A stretch of 64,000 bases of DNA from Mobula hypostoma (lineage: Eukaryota). A program made the position numbers and the translations under genes. Where the stretch lies: NCBI RefSeq assembly GCF_963921235.1, contig NC_086108.1, forward strand, positions 111,416,001-111,480,000. The letters are read 5' to 3'. The notes beneath the pieces were generated by a model. It did no database searches, had not been told where the DNA came from, and saw nothing but the letters and a program-made list of their open reading frames with translations. Numbering within the stretch: the first letter of the stretch is position 1; the number at the start of each line of letters is the position of its first letter. Of this stretch, positions 11,446-24,456 are shown piece after piece.

Positions 11446-14400
11446 CATAAGACCATAAGACAAAGGAGCAGAAGTCGGCCATTCGGCCCATCGAGTCTGC
11501 TCCACCATTTTATCATGAGCTGATCCATTCTCCCATTTGGTCCCACTCCCCCGCCTTCTTACCATAACCTTTGATGCCCTGGCTACTCAGATACCTATCA
11601 ATCTCTGCCTTAAATACACTCAATGACTTAGCCTCTACTGCTGCTCATGGCAACAAATTCCATAGATTCACCACCCTCTGACTAAAAAAATTTCTTCGCA
11701 TTTCTGTTCTGAATGGGTGCCCTTCAATCCTTAAGTCATGCCCTCTCGTACTAGACTCCCCCACCATGGGAAACAACTTTGCCACATCCACTCTGTCCAT
11801 GCCTTTCAACATTCGAAATGTTTTTATGAGGTCTCTCCTCATTCTTCTAAACTCCAAAGAATACAGTCCAAGAGTGGACAAACGTTCCTCATATGTTAAC
11901 CCTCTTATTCCTGGAATCATTCTAGTGAATCTTCTCTGTACCCTCTCCAACGTCAGCACATCCTTTCTTAAATAATAAGACCAATACTGCCCACAGTACT
12001 CCAAGTGAGGTCTCACCAGCACCTTATAGAGCCTCAACATCGCATCCCTGCTCCTATACTCTATTCCTCTAGAAATGAATGCCAACATTGCATTCACCTT
12101 CTTCACCACTGACTCAACCTGGAGGTTAACCTTAAGGGTATCCTGTACGAGGACTCCCAAGTCCCGTTGCATCTCAGAACTTTGAATTCTTTCCCCATTT
12201 AAATAATAGTCTGCCCGTTTATTACTTCTGCCAAAGTGCATAACCATACACTTTCCAACATTGTACTTCATTTGCCACTTCTCTGCCCATTCTTCCAATC
12301 TATCCAAGTCTCTCTGCAGACTCTCCATTTCCTCAGCACTACCAGCCCCTCCACCTATCTTCGTATCATCAGCAAACTTAGCCACGAAGCCATCTATTCC
12401 ATAATCCAAATCATTGATGTACAATGTAAAAAGAAGCGGCCCCAACACAGACCCCTGTGGAACACCACTGGTAACCAGCAGCCAACCAGAATAGGATCCC
12501 TTTATTCCCACTCTCTGTTTCCTGCCAATCAGCCAACGCTCTACCCACGTATGTAACTTTCCCGTAATTCCATGGGCTCTTATCTTGTTAAGTAGTCTCA
12601 TGTGTGGCACCTTATCAAAGGCCTTCTGAAAATCCAAATATACAACATCTACTGCATCTCCCTTGTCTAGCCTACTGGTAATTTCCTCAAAAAATTGTAA
12701 TAGGTTTGTCAGGCAGGATTTTCCTTTAAGGAATCCATGCTGAGTTCTGCCTATCTTGTCATATGCCTCCAGGTACTCTGTAACCTCATCCTCGACAATC
12801 GACTCCAACAACTTCCCAACCACCGATGTCAAGCTACCAGGTCTATAATTTCCTTTTTGCTTCCTTGCCCCCTTCTTAAATAGCGGGGTGACATTTGCAA
12901 TCTTCCAGTCCTCCGGAACCATGCCAGAATCTATCGACTTTTGAAAGATCATCACTAATGCCTCCGCAATCTCCACAGCTACTTCCTTCAAAACACGAGG
13001 GTGCATTCCATCTGGTCCAGGAGATTTATCGACCTTTAGCCTATTCAGCTTCCTGAGTACTTTCTCTGTCGTAATTGTGACTGCGCACACTTCTCTTCCC
13101 TGCCACCCTTGAGTGTCCGGTATACTGCTGATGTCTTCCTCAGTGAAGACTGATGCAAAATACTCATTCAGTTCCTCTGCCATCTCCTTATCTCCCATTA
13201 CAATTTCTCCAGCATCATTTTCTATCGGTCCTATATCTACTCTCACCTGTCTTTTACTCTTTATATACTTGAAAAAGCTTTTAGTATCCTCTTTGATATT
13301 ATTTGCTAGCTTCCTTTCATAGTTAATCTTTTCCCTCTTAATGACCTTCTTAGTTTCTTTTTGTAAGGTTTTAAAAACTTCCAATCCTCTGTCTTCCCAC
13401 TAATTTTTGCTTCCTTGTATTCCCTCTCCTTTGCTCTAACTTTGGCTCTGACTTCTCTTGTCAACCACGGTTGCATCTTTTTTCCATTCGAAAATTTCTT
13501 CTTTTTTGGAAGATACCTGTCTTGCATATTCCTCATTTCTCGCATAAACTCCAGCCACTGCTGCTCTGCTGTCTTTCCTGCCAGTGTCCCTTTCCAGTCA
13601 ACTTTGGCCAGTTCCTCTCTCATGCCACTGTAATTTCCTTTACTCCACTGAAATACTGACACATCAGATTTTGGCTTCTCATTTTCAAATTTCACAGTGA
13701 ACTCAATCATGTTATGATCACTGTCTCCTAAGGGTTCCTTCACCTCAATCTTTCTAATCACCTCCGGTTCATTACACAATACCCAATCCAATACAACCGA
13801 TCCCCTAGTGGGCTCAACAACAAGCTGTTCTAAAAAGCCATCTCGCAGACAATCTACAAATTCTCTCTCTTGAGATCCAGTGCCGACCTGATTTTCCCAA
13901 TCCACTCGCATGTTAAAATCCCCCACAATTATCATAACACTGCCCTTCTGACAAGCCTTTTCTATTTCCTGTTGTAATTTGTAGTCCACATCCCTGCAGC
14001 TGTTTGGAGGCCTATAAATAACTGCCATCAGGGTCCTTTTACCCCTGCAATTTCTTAGCTCAGCCCATAAAAATTCTGCACCTTCCGATCCTATATCACC
14101 TCTTTCTAATGATTTAATATCATTTCTTACCAATAAAGCCACGCCTCCCCCTCTGCCTACCTTCCTATCCTTCCGATACACCGTGTATCCTTGGACGTTC
14201 AGCTCCCAGAGACATGCATCCTTTAGCCAGGTCTCAGTGATGGCCACAATATCATACCTGCCAATCTGTAGCTGTACAACAAGATCATCCACCTTATTCC
14301 TTATGCTGCGTGCATTTAAGTACAACACCTTAAGACCAGTATTTGGTACTTTTCACTTTGATTTCACTGCAACTTTATTGCACCGCAACTCATCTCAATG

Positions 14401-14659
14401 GGTACAAATTTGCCCCATCACCTACCTGTCTTTCCTGACATCTTTACTGCTAACTATCTTAGATTTATTTCTGTTTTCCTCTTCCTCTGCTCTGTCATTC
14501 CGGTTCCCATCCCCCTGCCAAATTAGTTTAAACCCTCCCTAACAGCTCTATTAAACTTTCCCACCAGGATATTGGTCCCCTTCGGGTTCAGGTGTAACCT
14601 GTCCTTTTTGAACAGGTCATACTTCCCCCAGAAGAGATCCCAATTATCCAAGAATCTGA
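11446..14659 (-). mobile_element. Young CR1 LINE, 5'-truncated within ORF1; ORF2 has one frameshift and a late stop
   Basis: APE ORF 13306..14328 (YLNARS, ETWL, GDFN, SDH); RT ORF 11645..13384 (DFQKAFD, GVPQGSVLGP, FADD); tail (TCTTATGG)n at 11446. Confidence 0.95.
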
Positions 14660-15726
14660 AGGAAGGATGTGGAAACCATAGGAAGGATGCAGAGGAGATT
14701 TACAAGGATGTTGCCTGGATTGGGGAGCATGCCTTATGAGAATAGGTTGAGTGAACTCAGCCTTTTCTCCTTGGAGTGACAGAGGATGAGAGGTGACCTG
14801 ATAGAGGTGTATAAGATGATGAGAGGCATTGATCATGTGGATAGTCAGAGGCTTTTTCCCAGGGCTGAAATGGCTAGCACGAGAGGGCACAGTTTTTAGG
14901 TGCTTGGAAGCAGGTACAGAGGAGATGTCAGGGGTAAGTTTTTTGATGCAGAGAGTGGTGAGTGTGTGGAATGGGCTGCCGGCGATGGTGATGGAGGCAG
15001 AAACGATAGGGTCTTTTAAGGGGCTCCTGGACAGGTACATGGAGCTTAGAAAAATAGAGGGCTGTGGGTAACCCTCGGTAATTTCTAAGGTAAGGCCTAT
15101 ATTGTGCTGTAGATTTTCTATGTTTCTAAGTTTCTAAATTCTTTCTCATCTCTGCCTAAGTGGACATCCCTCTATTCTGGGGCTGTGCTCATTAATCCTA
15201 GACTCTCCCACTATAGGAAACATCCTCTCCACATCCACTGCATCCAGACCTTTCAATATTCAGTAGATTTCAATTATATCACCCCTCATTCTTCTAAACT
15301 CCAGTGAGTACATCAAATGCTCCTCAAATGATAACCCTTTAATTCCTGGAATCATTTGCGTGAACCTCCTTTGAACTCTCTCCAATGTCAGCATATCCTT
15401 TCTTAGATAAGGGGCCCAAAACTGCCCACAATGCTCCAAGTGCGGTCTGACCAATGCCTGATAAAGCCTCAGTTCCCTCTGTTTTACAACACTCCCCAGG
15501 GCCCAACCATTTATGTAAGAGTCCTACCCTCATCTGTTTTCCAAAGGTGCAATGCCTTATACTTATCTTCTTGATCATTTCTGCTTTCAAGGGAACAACC
15601 TCCCTCAGCTCTCGAAGTAACTGACCTGAGGGCCCTCTGCTACTCTTAACATGACAACGCACAGCAGAAGAGCAAATTCAGAGGTCCTGATAGATGATGT
15701 CACAAGTTATGCTAAAGGATACTTAC

Positions 15727-15859
15727 ATCACTCTCACTTTCCTGTGACATCTTGAATTTTTGATTCACAATGTTTGCTTCCTTGATTTCGGGTAAGATGG
15801 GTGCCACTTTCTCTGCCACCGAATTCTCGATGCTCCGTGAAACAGCAAACACCTCAGAT
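15727..15859 (-). CDS. vtg: vtg exon 20 (SEVFAVSRSIENSVAEKVAPILPE...SESD)
   Basis: 133 nt, CAG/GTAAGT; FAVSR motif. Confidence 0.93.
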
Positions 15860-16514
15860 CTGTGGGGTCAATACCCTCAATGAGTACACGGAGAGAGAGG
15901 AGTGAACAAAAATGGCAGCACTGCACTGTCGTTATTAGAGCACCAGAAACCCGGGTTCAATTCCCACTGTAACCTGGAGGGACTTTGTACATTCTTCTCC
16001 TGAACATGTGGGTTTCCCCCAGGTGCTCCAGTTTCCTCCCACATTTCAAGCACATACGGGTTAGTGGGTTAGTTGATCACGTTGGTGTAACTGGGTGGCA
16101 TGGCAGCATAGTGGTTAGTGTAACGTTATTGTAGTGCAAGCCACCTGATCTCCATGTGAAGAAGTCACCCCTCAGGGTTCTTTTAAGTCTGCCCCCTCTC
16201 ACCTCAGCCTTCCCGTTCTTGATTCCCCAACTGTGGGGGAGAAAACTGTGCGCTTTCACCTCATCTGTACCCCTCATGATTTTACACACCTCTGTAGGGT
16301 CCGCTAAACTCTAAGCAGTAACGTTCTAGCTCACCCAACCTTTCCCCACAATTCAATCCCTCAAGTCCTGGCAGTATTCTCTGTATCTCAGTACAGGCGG
16401 CAATAATAAATTAATTCTAATTCCATTTCCTCCAGTGCACAATGCAACAGTAGCACCGGCCTACCCACCATCAGGGACATAAATGCAGAAAGGTGCTGGT
16501 GACATCCTGTACTA

Positions 16515-17010
16515 TGGAAACCATAGAAAGGGTGCAGAGGAGATTTACAAGGATGTTGCCTGGATTGGGGAGCATGCCTTATGAGAATAGGTTGAGTGAA
16601 CTCGGCCTTTTCTCCTTGGAGCGACGGAGGATGAGACGTGACCTGATAGAGGTGCATAAGATGATGAGAGGCATTGATCGTGTGGATAGTCAGAGGCTTT
16701 TCCCCAGGGCTGAAATGGCCAACATGAGAGGGCACAGTTTTAAAGTGCTTGGAAGTAGGTACAGAGGAGATGTCAGGGGCAAGTTTTTTTACACAGAGAG
16801 CAGTAAGTGCGTGGAATGGGCTGCCGGCGACAGTGGTGGAGGCGGATACGATAGGGTCTTTTAAGAGGCTCCTGGATAGATACATGGAGCTTAGAAAAAT
16901 AGAGGGCTATGGGTAACCCTAAGTAATTTCTAAAGTAAGTACATGTTTGGCTCAGCATTGTGGGCTGAAGTGCCTGTATTGTGCTGTAGTTTTTCTATGT
17001 TCTATGTTTT
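16515..17010 (+). mobile_element. CR1 3' fragment, same subfamily as 14660-15135
   Basis: ERVQRRFTRMLPG; near-identical to 14660-15135; (TTCTATG)n tail. Confidence 0.85.
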
Positions 17011-17895
17011 ATCATGAAGGACCCCACCCATCCTGTTCGTGGACTGTTTGTCCCACTCCAATTGGGGAGGAGGCTACACCAGGACCACCAGACTCAAAAG
17101 AGTTACTTTCCCAAGCAGTTAAGCTGATCCACACCTCAACTCACTAACCCACCCCTCCATGCCCCAACCCACCACTACCTTATCATTTGCTGTCAAAGTC
17201 ACCTTAAGTACAGACACCCCTGTGCCTAGTGTCACTTTATGGACATACAATCAATCTATGTATATAAGTTAGCTTATGTATTTATATTTATTGTGTTTTC
17301 ATTATTATTGTGTTCTTTATCTTATTGTGTTTTTAAGTAGAAAGCACAGCACAGAAACAGGCCCTTCAGCCCATCTAGTCCATTCTGAACCATTTAAACT
17401 GCCCACACCCATCGACCTGAACTGGGACCATAGTCCTCCATACCTCTACTATCTATGTAACTGCCCAAACTTCTCTTAAACTTTGAAATCGAGCTCGCAT
17501 GTACCACTTGTGATGGTAACTCATTCCACACTCTCACGACGTTCTGAGTGAAGATGTTTCCCCTAATGTTCCCTTTAAACTTTTCATCTTTCGCCCTTAA
17601 CCCACGTCCTCTGGTTGTCTCACCTAACTTCAGTGGAAGAAGCCTGCTTGTGTTTACCCTATCAATACTGCTCAATTTTGTATAATCCCATCAAATCTTC
17701 CCTCAATCTTCTACGTTCTAAGGAATAAAGTCCTAACCTAGTCAAACTTTCCTTTGTGCTCTATTGGATGGGGATTAGCAATTTTTCCGTTCTTCTCTAC
17801 ACTTGTGAACTGGAAATGACATTAGACAACCTTGAATCTTTCTGAAGAGAAAAGAAAGCTGGGGATGGCAGGAATAAAGTGAGAGGAAACATTAC

Positions 17896-18081
17896 TTCAG
17901 AATCATTATCTGGTTCTCTTTCTGAAGTGGAACACTGCTAATCTGCAAAATGCCTTCTTTTGCGTTTATCTTTATCGCTACATCCACAGGTAGAGTCGAC
18001 TGGAACCTTGCGGTGAACTCCAGACCAGACTGGAGAAATGGTGCCTTTATACCCAGGACGGCCTTGCTGTATAGAGCCACA
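17896..18081 (-). CDS. vtg: vtg exon 19 (VALYSKAVLGIKAPFLQSGLE...QIMILK)
   Basis: 186 nt, CAG/GTAAT. Confidence 0.93.
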
Positions 18082-18202
18082 CTGAGGGAGGAACAGACAA
18101 GGTGTTACATTAGCCTCAGCACTGGACGTGACTGAAATCACCACACCGCAAAGGCGAATGTTCTTTGGAAACAGCTGCTTCAAAAAAATGAAATGTAAAT
18201 AC

Positions 18203-18287
18203 CTTGGGTTAACCTGAGCCTTCAGTTCAATGTTGGCAGTAAGTAACTGAGACAAGGTGGAGGTGGTGGCCGGGATGCTGGCAGCAA
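18203..18287 (-). CDS. vtg: vtg exon 18 (VAASIPATTSTLSQLLTANIELKAQVNPS)
   Basis: 85 nt, TAG/GT, phase 1 to 2, joins exons 17 and 19 in frame. Confidence 0.88.
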
Positions 18288-20199
18288 CTAGCGGAGACGG
18301 AAAGCAAGTAGTTTCAGTAACAGTTACCTCCTCTAACAACACAAACTTCTATACAATTCTATTAAAAAGTGATGAAACATTCCAAGGAAAAATATCTGTG
18401 CTATAAAGATGTTTAACCTTTCCTTTAAAGGAAGGACATCAAACAAGGCTTCAAGTTGAAGTTCAAGTTCAGTTTGTTGTCATTTCCAGCCAAACGAAGC
18501 AATGTTCCTTCAAACCAAGGTGCACAACACAGTACATATAACGCACACGCAACACATTAAGTATATTACCACAATTATATTACCAAATAAGGTGCATTTA
18601 TGACACAAGTTAAGAAGTAAACAGTATCATGCTACTGGTGTTTCATACGTGATGAGACCCAGGTAGGGGCAGGGTGTTCAGCAGTCTCTCAGCCTTGGGG
18701 AAGAAGCTGTTTCCCATCCAAACTGTCCTTATTCTAATGCTACAGTACCTCTAGCCTGACAGTAGAGGGTCAAAGAGATTGGTGAATGGATGGGTGGGAT
18801 CATTGACGGTGATAAGGGCCCTGCATACATAATACTCCTGGTAAATGGGTGGAGGAGAGACCTTGATGATCCTCTCAACAGCCCTCACAATCCTTTGTAG
18901 GGATTTGCGGTCAGATACCTTACAATTTCCATACCAGACGGTGATGCAGGTAGGTTGAGGTCAAGGCAGAAAATGGTGGAAACACTCAACTTTCTCAGGG
19001 CTGAACCATTAACTATTTCTCTCTCCACAGATGCTGCCTGGCCTGCTGAGCGCCCCAGCATTTTCTGTTTGTATTTCCCTGGAGAGAGAAATACTTTTAA
19101 TATTTCAGGTGGGAGACTCTTGGTCAGAATTCGTCACCAAATATACAAACCTCTCTCCTCTCTCATTGACCAGAAGTTACAAAGGACTGAATACCACCAA
19201 GCTCAAGGACAGCTTCAACCCTACTGTTACAAGACTATTGAATGCTCCTTAGTGAGATAACATGGACGCTTGACCTCACAGTCTATCTCATTATGGACCT
19301 TGCACCTTATTCTCTGCCTGCACTGCACTTTCACAGTAACTGTCTCACTTTATTCTACATTGTTATTGTTCTACCTTGACCATCTCAATGCATTGTGTAA
19401 TGAAATGATCTGTGTGAACAGTAAGCAAGACATGTTTTACACTATACACGTGGCAATAATAGGCCATTTAATCAGTTAGTGGTTGATGTTTGAACTGAGA
19501 CTCATCTGCACTGGGGAGAGTCCATTTCCTTATGCTATTTCCATGTTCCCAAACTCCATCAACCTATCGCCCTCCTTTTTTGATCCACCCATCACCTGCC
19601 AGCTCTTTCCCCACCTCCCTACATGTGATTTCATCTTTCGTTGCTGTTGTTTCACATATTTATATGACTATTATTTTATCATAATTGTGCCAGTAATATT
19701 ATACTGTGTCTTATATATATATATTTCCTTTAGGTTGCTATAGCCGGGGTGGTAGTGGGAATAAGCTTTTGCTACCTATTAAATGCTCCCGATGGTGTGC
19801 GTCTCAAATGGCTTCTGACAACCAAGTCCAAATCCTCACCTTCACATGTGTCTTAGCTACTAAGCCCGGTGGAACTGTTTCTAATGACCTAGCATCTGTA
19901 TTATCCAGGTCATCTTCAAGGAGTAGCACTTCAGAAAGACGATATCCAGCATTAAGGACCCCATCACCTAGTACATGCCTTCTTCTCATTGCTGTCATCA
20001 GGGAGGAGGTACACAAGCCTGAAGACTCACACTCAATGATTCAGGAACAGCTTTTTCCCCTCTGCCATCCATTTTCTGAATGGACAATGAACCCATAAAC
20101 ACGAAGTCACGTCTTCTCTTTACCTCCTTATATGGTTCTGTTCCCTCAATATTTCAGTCCATATTGGCTCCCAGGTGCCAAGGTTCGAGATATCTCAGA

Positions 20200-23100
20200 T
20201 CGAATCCTCAGCAAGTGGGAGAATGATTAGCCTGAAGTTGTGGTCCATGAGTGAGAAGTAACAAGGTTCTGCATAGGGAGTTCAGGGAGTTAGGTGCTAA
20301 GTTAAAGGGCAGGACTTCCAGGGTTGTGATCTCAGGATTGCTACCCATGCCACATGCTAGTGAAGCCAGAACTAGGAATATTATACAGTTTAATACATGG
20401 CTAAAGAGTTGGTGTAGGAGGCAGGGCATAAGATTTCTGGATCACTGGGCTCTCTTCCAGCGAAGGCGGGACATGTACAGAAGGGACGGTTTACACCTGA
20501 ACTGGAGGGAACTAATATCCTAGTGGGAAGGTTTGTTAATGCTGCACGGTGGGGCATAAGCCAGAGTTGCAGGGGAATGGGAACCAGGGTGCCAGTACAG
20601 TTAGTGGAGAGGTTGTGGAGGCAGATGTCGGCAAGATCTCAGACAAAGTTAGGAATCAAAAGGTAGAGCAAGGTGCAACGGGTGTCCTGAGCTGTCTGTA
20701 TTTCAATGTAAGAAGGTTGAGCATGGTGCGACTAGTGTCCTGAGCTGTCTGTATTTCAATGCAGGAAGTATTGTAGGAAAGGCAGATAATAGTGTTGAAG
20801 ATGAGGTAGCTGGTTTACAAACAGAGCCAATGTGTAGTGAGGAGAGGCTGTTGATAGGGCAAAATTGCAGTCAACAGGATGAGTTGCAATGTAAAAGGCA
20901 GACAAAATCAAAAAGGTGAACACAGGACTGAAGGTGTTGTAATTGAATGTGCACAGTATATGGAATAAGATAGATGAACTTGCAGCACAGTTGCAGATTG
21001 GCAGGTATCATGTTGTAGGCATCACTGAATCATGGCTGAAGAAAGATTATAGCTGGGAGCTGAATGTCCAAGGATACACATTGTATCAAAAGGATAGGGG
21101 GGAAGGCAGAGGGGTGGTGTGGCTCTGTTGGTAAAAAATTGAATCAAATCATTAGAAAGAGGTGACACAGGGTCAGAAGGTGTTGAATCATTGTGAATAG
21201 AGCTTAGAAACTGCAAGGGTAAAAAGACCCTGATGGGAGTTGTATATAGATGCCCCCAAACAGCAGAAAGGATGTGTCCTACAAATTAGAATGGGAGACA
21301 GAAAATACATGCCAAAGGGCAATGTTACAATAGTCATGGGGGATTCAATATGCAGTTAGATTGGGAAAATTAGGTTGGTGCTGGATACCAGGAGCGGGAA
21401 TTTCTAGAGTACCTACGAGTTGGCTTTGTAGAGCAACTCGTGGTTGAGCCTACTGGGGGATAGCCAATAATATTAAAGAGGATATCAGAAGTTACTTCAA
21501 CTTAAAGTGTAAAAGAGAGGCGAGTGTGGATATTGGACCACTGGAAAATAATGCTGGTGAGGTAGTAACGGGGGACAATGAAGTGGCGAACAAACTGAAT
21601 AAATATTTTGGATCAGTCTTCACTGTGGAAGACATGAGTAGTATGGTGGGAGTTCCAGGTCTCAGGGATCACAAAATGTGTGAGGTTACCATAGCTAAAG
21701 AGAAGGTTCTTGGGAAACTAAAAGGTTTGAAGGCAGATAAGTCACCTGGTCCAGGTGGTGTACACCCCAGAGTTTTGAAAGGGGTGGCTGGGGAGATCAT
21801 GGAGGCATTAGTATTGATCTTTCAAGAATCACTAGATTCTGGAATGGTTCCAGAAAAGTGGAAATTTGCAAATATCTCTCCACTCTTCTAGAAGGGAGAG
21901 AGGCAGAAGAAAGGAAACTATAGGCTAGTTAGTGCGACCTCAGTGGTTGGGAAGATTTTGGAGTTGATTGTTAAGGGTACTTGGAGACACAAGGTAAAAT
22001 AGGCTATAGTCAGCATGGTTTCCTCAAGAGAAAATCTTGCCTGACAAATCTGTTGGAATTCTTTGAAGTAACAAGCAGGATAGACAAAGAAGAATTGGTG
22101 GATGTTGTGTAGTTGGCTTTTCAGAAAGCCCTTGATAAGGTACCCACATGAGGCTGCTTAACAAGGTACGAGCCCATGGTATTACAGGAAAGATCCTAGC
22201 ATGGATAAAGCAGTGGATGATGCCAGCAGTCAAAGAGCAGGAATAAAGGGAGCCTTTTCTGGCTGGTGGTGTTACACAGGGATCTGTGTTAGGAGGGATT
22301 CTTTTTACATTATATGCTCATAATTTGGATGATGGAATAGATGGCTTTCTTGCAAACTTTGCAGACAATAAGAAAACAGAGGGGCAGGTAGTTTTGAGGA
22401 AGGAGAGAGGGTACAGAATGACATACAGATTAGGAGAATGGGCAAAGAAATGGCAGATGTAATACAGTGTCGGGAAGTGTTTGGTTATGTAATTTGGTAG
22501 AAGAAATGAAAGAAGTGACTACTTTCTAAGTAGAAATTAAACACTAAAAACTGAGGTGCAAAGGGTCTTGGGAGCACGTGCAAGATTCCCTAAAGGTTAA
22601 GTTGCAGGTGAGGAAGTCTGTGGTGAGGAAGGCAAATGCTATGTTAGCATTCATTTCAACAGAACTAGGATATAACAGAAAGGATGTAATGTTGAGACTT
22701 TATAAAACACTGGTGAGGCCTCACTTAAAGTATTGTGAGCAGTTTTGGGCCCTTTATCTTAGAAAGGATATGCTGAAACTGGAGAGGGTTCAAAGGAGGT
22801 TCATGAAAATGATTCCAAGATTGAATGGCCTGTCCTGTGAAGAGTGTTTGATGGCTCTGGGCCTGTATTTGCTGGAATTCAGAAGAATAAGGGGTGGCCT
22901 CATTGAAACCTATCGAATGTTGAAAGGCCTTGACAGCGTGGATGTGAAGAGGATGTTTCCTATGGTGGGAGAGTCTAAGACCAGGGGACACAGTCTTAGA
23001 ACAGAAGTGAGGAAGAATTTCTTTAGCCAGAGTGGTGAATCTGTGGAATTCTTTGTCACAGGCAGCTGTGGAAGCCAAATCTTTATGTATATTTTGATAG

Positions 23101-23248
23101 GCTCTTGACTGATCAGGACATGAAGGGATATGGGGAGAAGGCAGGAGATTGGGACTGAGAGGAAAATTGGATGAGCCATGATGAAAGGGAGGAGCAGACT
23201 CGATGGGCCAAATGGCCTAATTCTGCTCCTATGTCTCATGGTCTTATG
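20200..23248 (+). mobile_element. Degenerate, internally deleted CR1 LINE
   Basis: Esterase fragment 20251..20523; APE and RT fragments 20943-23108 with many stops and frameshifts; tail at about 23230-23248. Confidence 0.88.
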
Positions 23249-23391
23249 ATGGGTCTTGGCCCAAAATGTTGACTCTCCATTCCCCTCCACAGATACTGCC
23301 TGACCCGCTGAGTTCTTCCAGCAGTTTGGTTGTTGCTGTAGGTTCCAGTGGCTGACCTCTCTCATGTTATTTTGCTTCTGAGGAGACTTAC

Positions 23392-23581
23392 CCTTAAGGG
23401 CAGCTTCAGCCACCACTGCCGAGAGAAGGGACAGTTCTGTGGAGAGACCCAGGCACGTCGGGACAAAGCGGCGTACCTCCGATGTCACCAAGGCCGCTGA
23501 CAGATGCAATTCCATAGGCTTTCTGAGCCGGTCTATTATTTTCTGCAGTGCGCCATGTCTCACATCCACACCAGACAATAA
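23392..23581 (-). CDS. vtg: vtg exon 17 (LLSGVDVRH...EVRRFVPTCLGLSTELS...AALK)
   Basis: 190 nt, CAG/GTAAGT. Confidence 0.94.
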
Positions 23582-24092
23582 CTGTCAGGGGAAGATTCAA
23601 TGGTCAAACGTCAGCAGAAGACACCATGCATTTTAAGTTGAGGTTTTTAGTTAGAGGTATACAGGGGCAGCACAGTAACATAGCTGTTAGCATAATGCCA
23701 TTACAGCCCTAGTGACCCGGGTTCAGTTCTATCGTTGTCTGCAATGAGTCTGTACGCTCTCCACATGATCACATGGGTTTCCTCCAGGTACTCTGGCTTC
23801 CTCCCACTTTCCAAAAGACATATGTGTTAGGGTTAGTGAGTTGTGGGCATTCTATGTTGGCACCAGAAGTGTGGGGACACTTGCAGGCTGTCCCAGCATA
23901 CATCTTCGGACTGTGTTGGTCATTGATATCACAGGATGCATTTCACTGTGCGTATTGATATTTCAATGACCATGTGAAAAATAAAGCTAATCACTATAGT
24001 TATCTTTATTCCCAGGGTATGAATTTCATTTCTCACCACTTTGTAGTTCCAAAACAAGGACAAATATGAGTTGACATAAACTTAATTCACGA

Positions 24093-24370
24093 GGCGGCTT
24101 TGCAGCACAGCGGCTAAAACAACGCCTTACAGTTCCAGTGAGCCAGCTTCAACTCCCACCGCTGCCGGTAAGGAGTTTGTACATTTTCCTCGTGACTGCA
24201 TGTTTCCCCTCCGGGTGCTCCGATTTCCTCCCACAATCCAAAGACATAACAGTTGTTAAGTTAATTGGTCATTGTAAATTGTCCTGTGACTAGGCTAGGG
24301 TTAAATTGGTGGGTTGCTGGGCGGCATGGCTTGAAGGGCCAGAAGGGCCTATTCCATGCCCTCAATAAAT
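24093..24370 (+). mobile_element. tRNA-derived V-SINE (HE1-like); representative copy
   Basis: V-domain-type core CCGGGTGCTCCG.TTTCCTCCCACA.TCCAAAGAC; other copies at about 5978-6195, 15915-16085, 23665-24000, 31498-31760, 38200-38365, 45500-45710 (-), 49950-50110 (-), 55750-55980 and 58020-58230 (-). Confidence 0.75.
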
Positions 24371-24456
24371 TTATTCTCAACAAATAAATTAAATTATATA
24401 AATATTACCAAATTGTGCATTTATAAAACTATGGTTTCATTTCTGGTCACTCCATT

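Larger units (their letters stand above)
7556..15135 (+). mobile_element. Near full-length CR1 LINE (ORF1 esterase, APE, RT), interrupted twice
   Basis: ORF 7643..8290 SGNH esterase-like (VIGDSIVRG, DGLHLN); frameshifted APE at 8335-9344; RT from 9635; resumes at 11281-11445 and 14660-15135; AAATT TSD at 7551-7555 and 15136-15140. Confidence 0.92.
7311..15472 (-). mobile_element. Old CR1 3' fragment split into 7311-7555 and 15136-15472 (outermost element of the nest)
   Basis: CR1 tail (ataagaccataa) at 7311; sequence resumes after the AAATT duplication; ORF 15260..15454 RPHLEHCGQFWAP. Confidence 0.75.

Noticed and set aside
9029..14542. Numerous antisense ORFs over CR1 sequence (for example 10564..11154 and 11766..11975)
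   Set aside because: Shadow ORFs of LINE ORF2 that recur wherever CR1 occurs.
15524..15662. Possible extra vtg exon in ORF 15339..15662
   Set aside because: No recognisable vitellogenin similarity, and exon 20 (ends phase 0) joins exon 21 (starts phase 0) directly.
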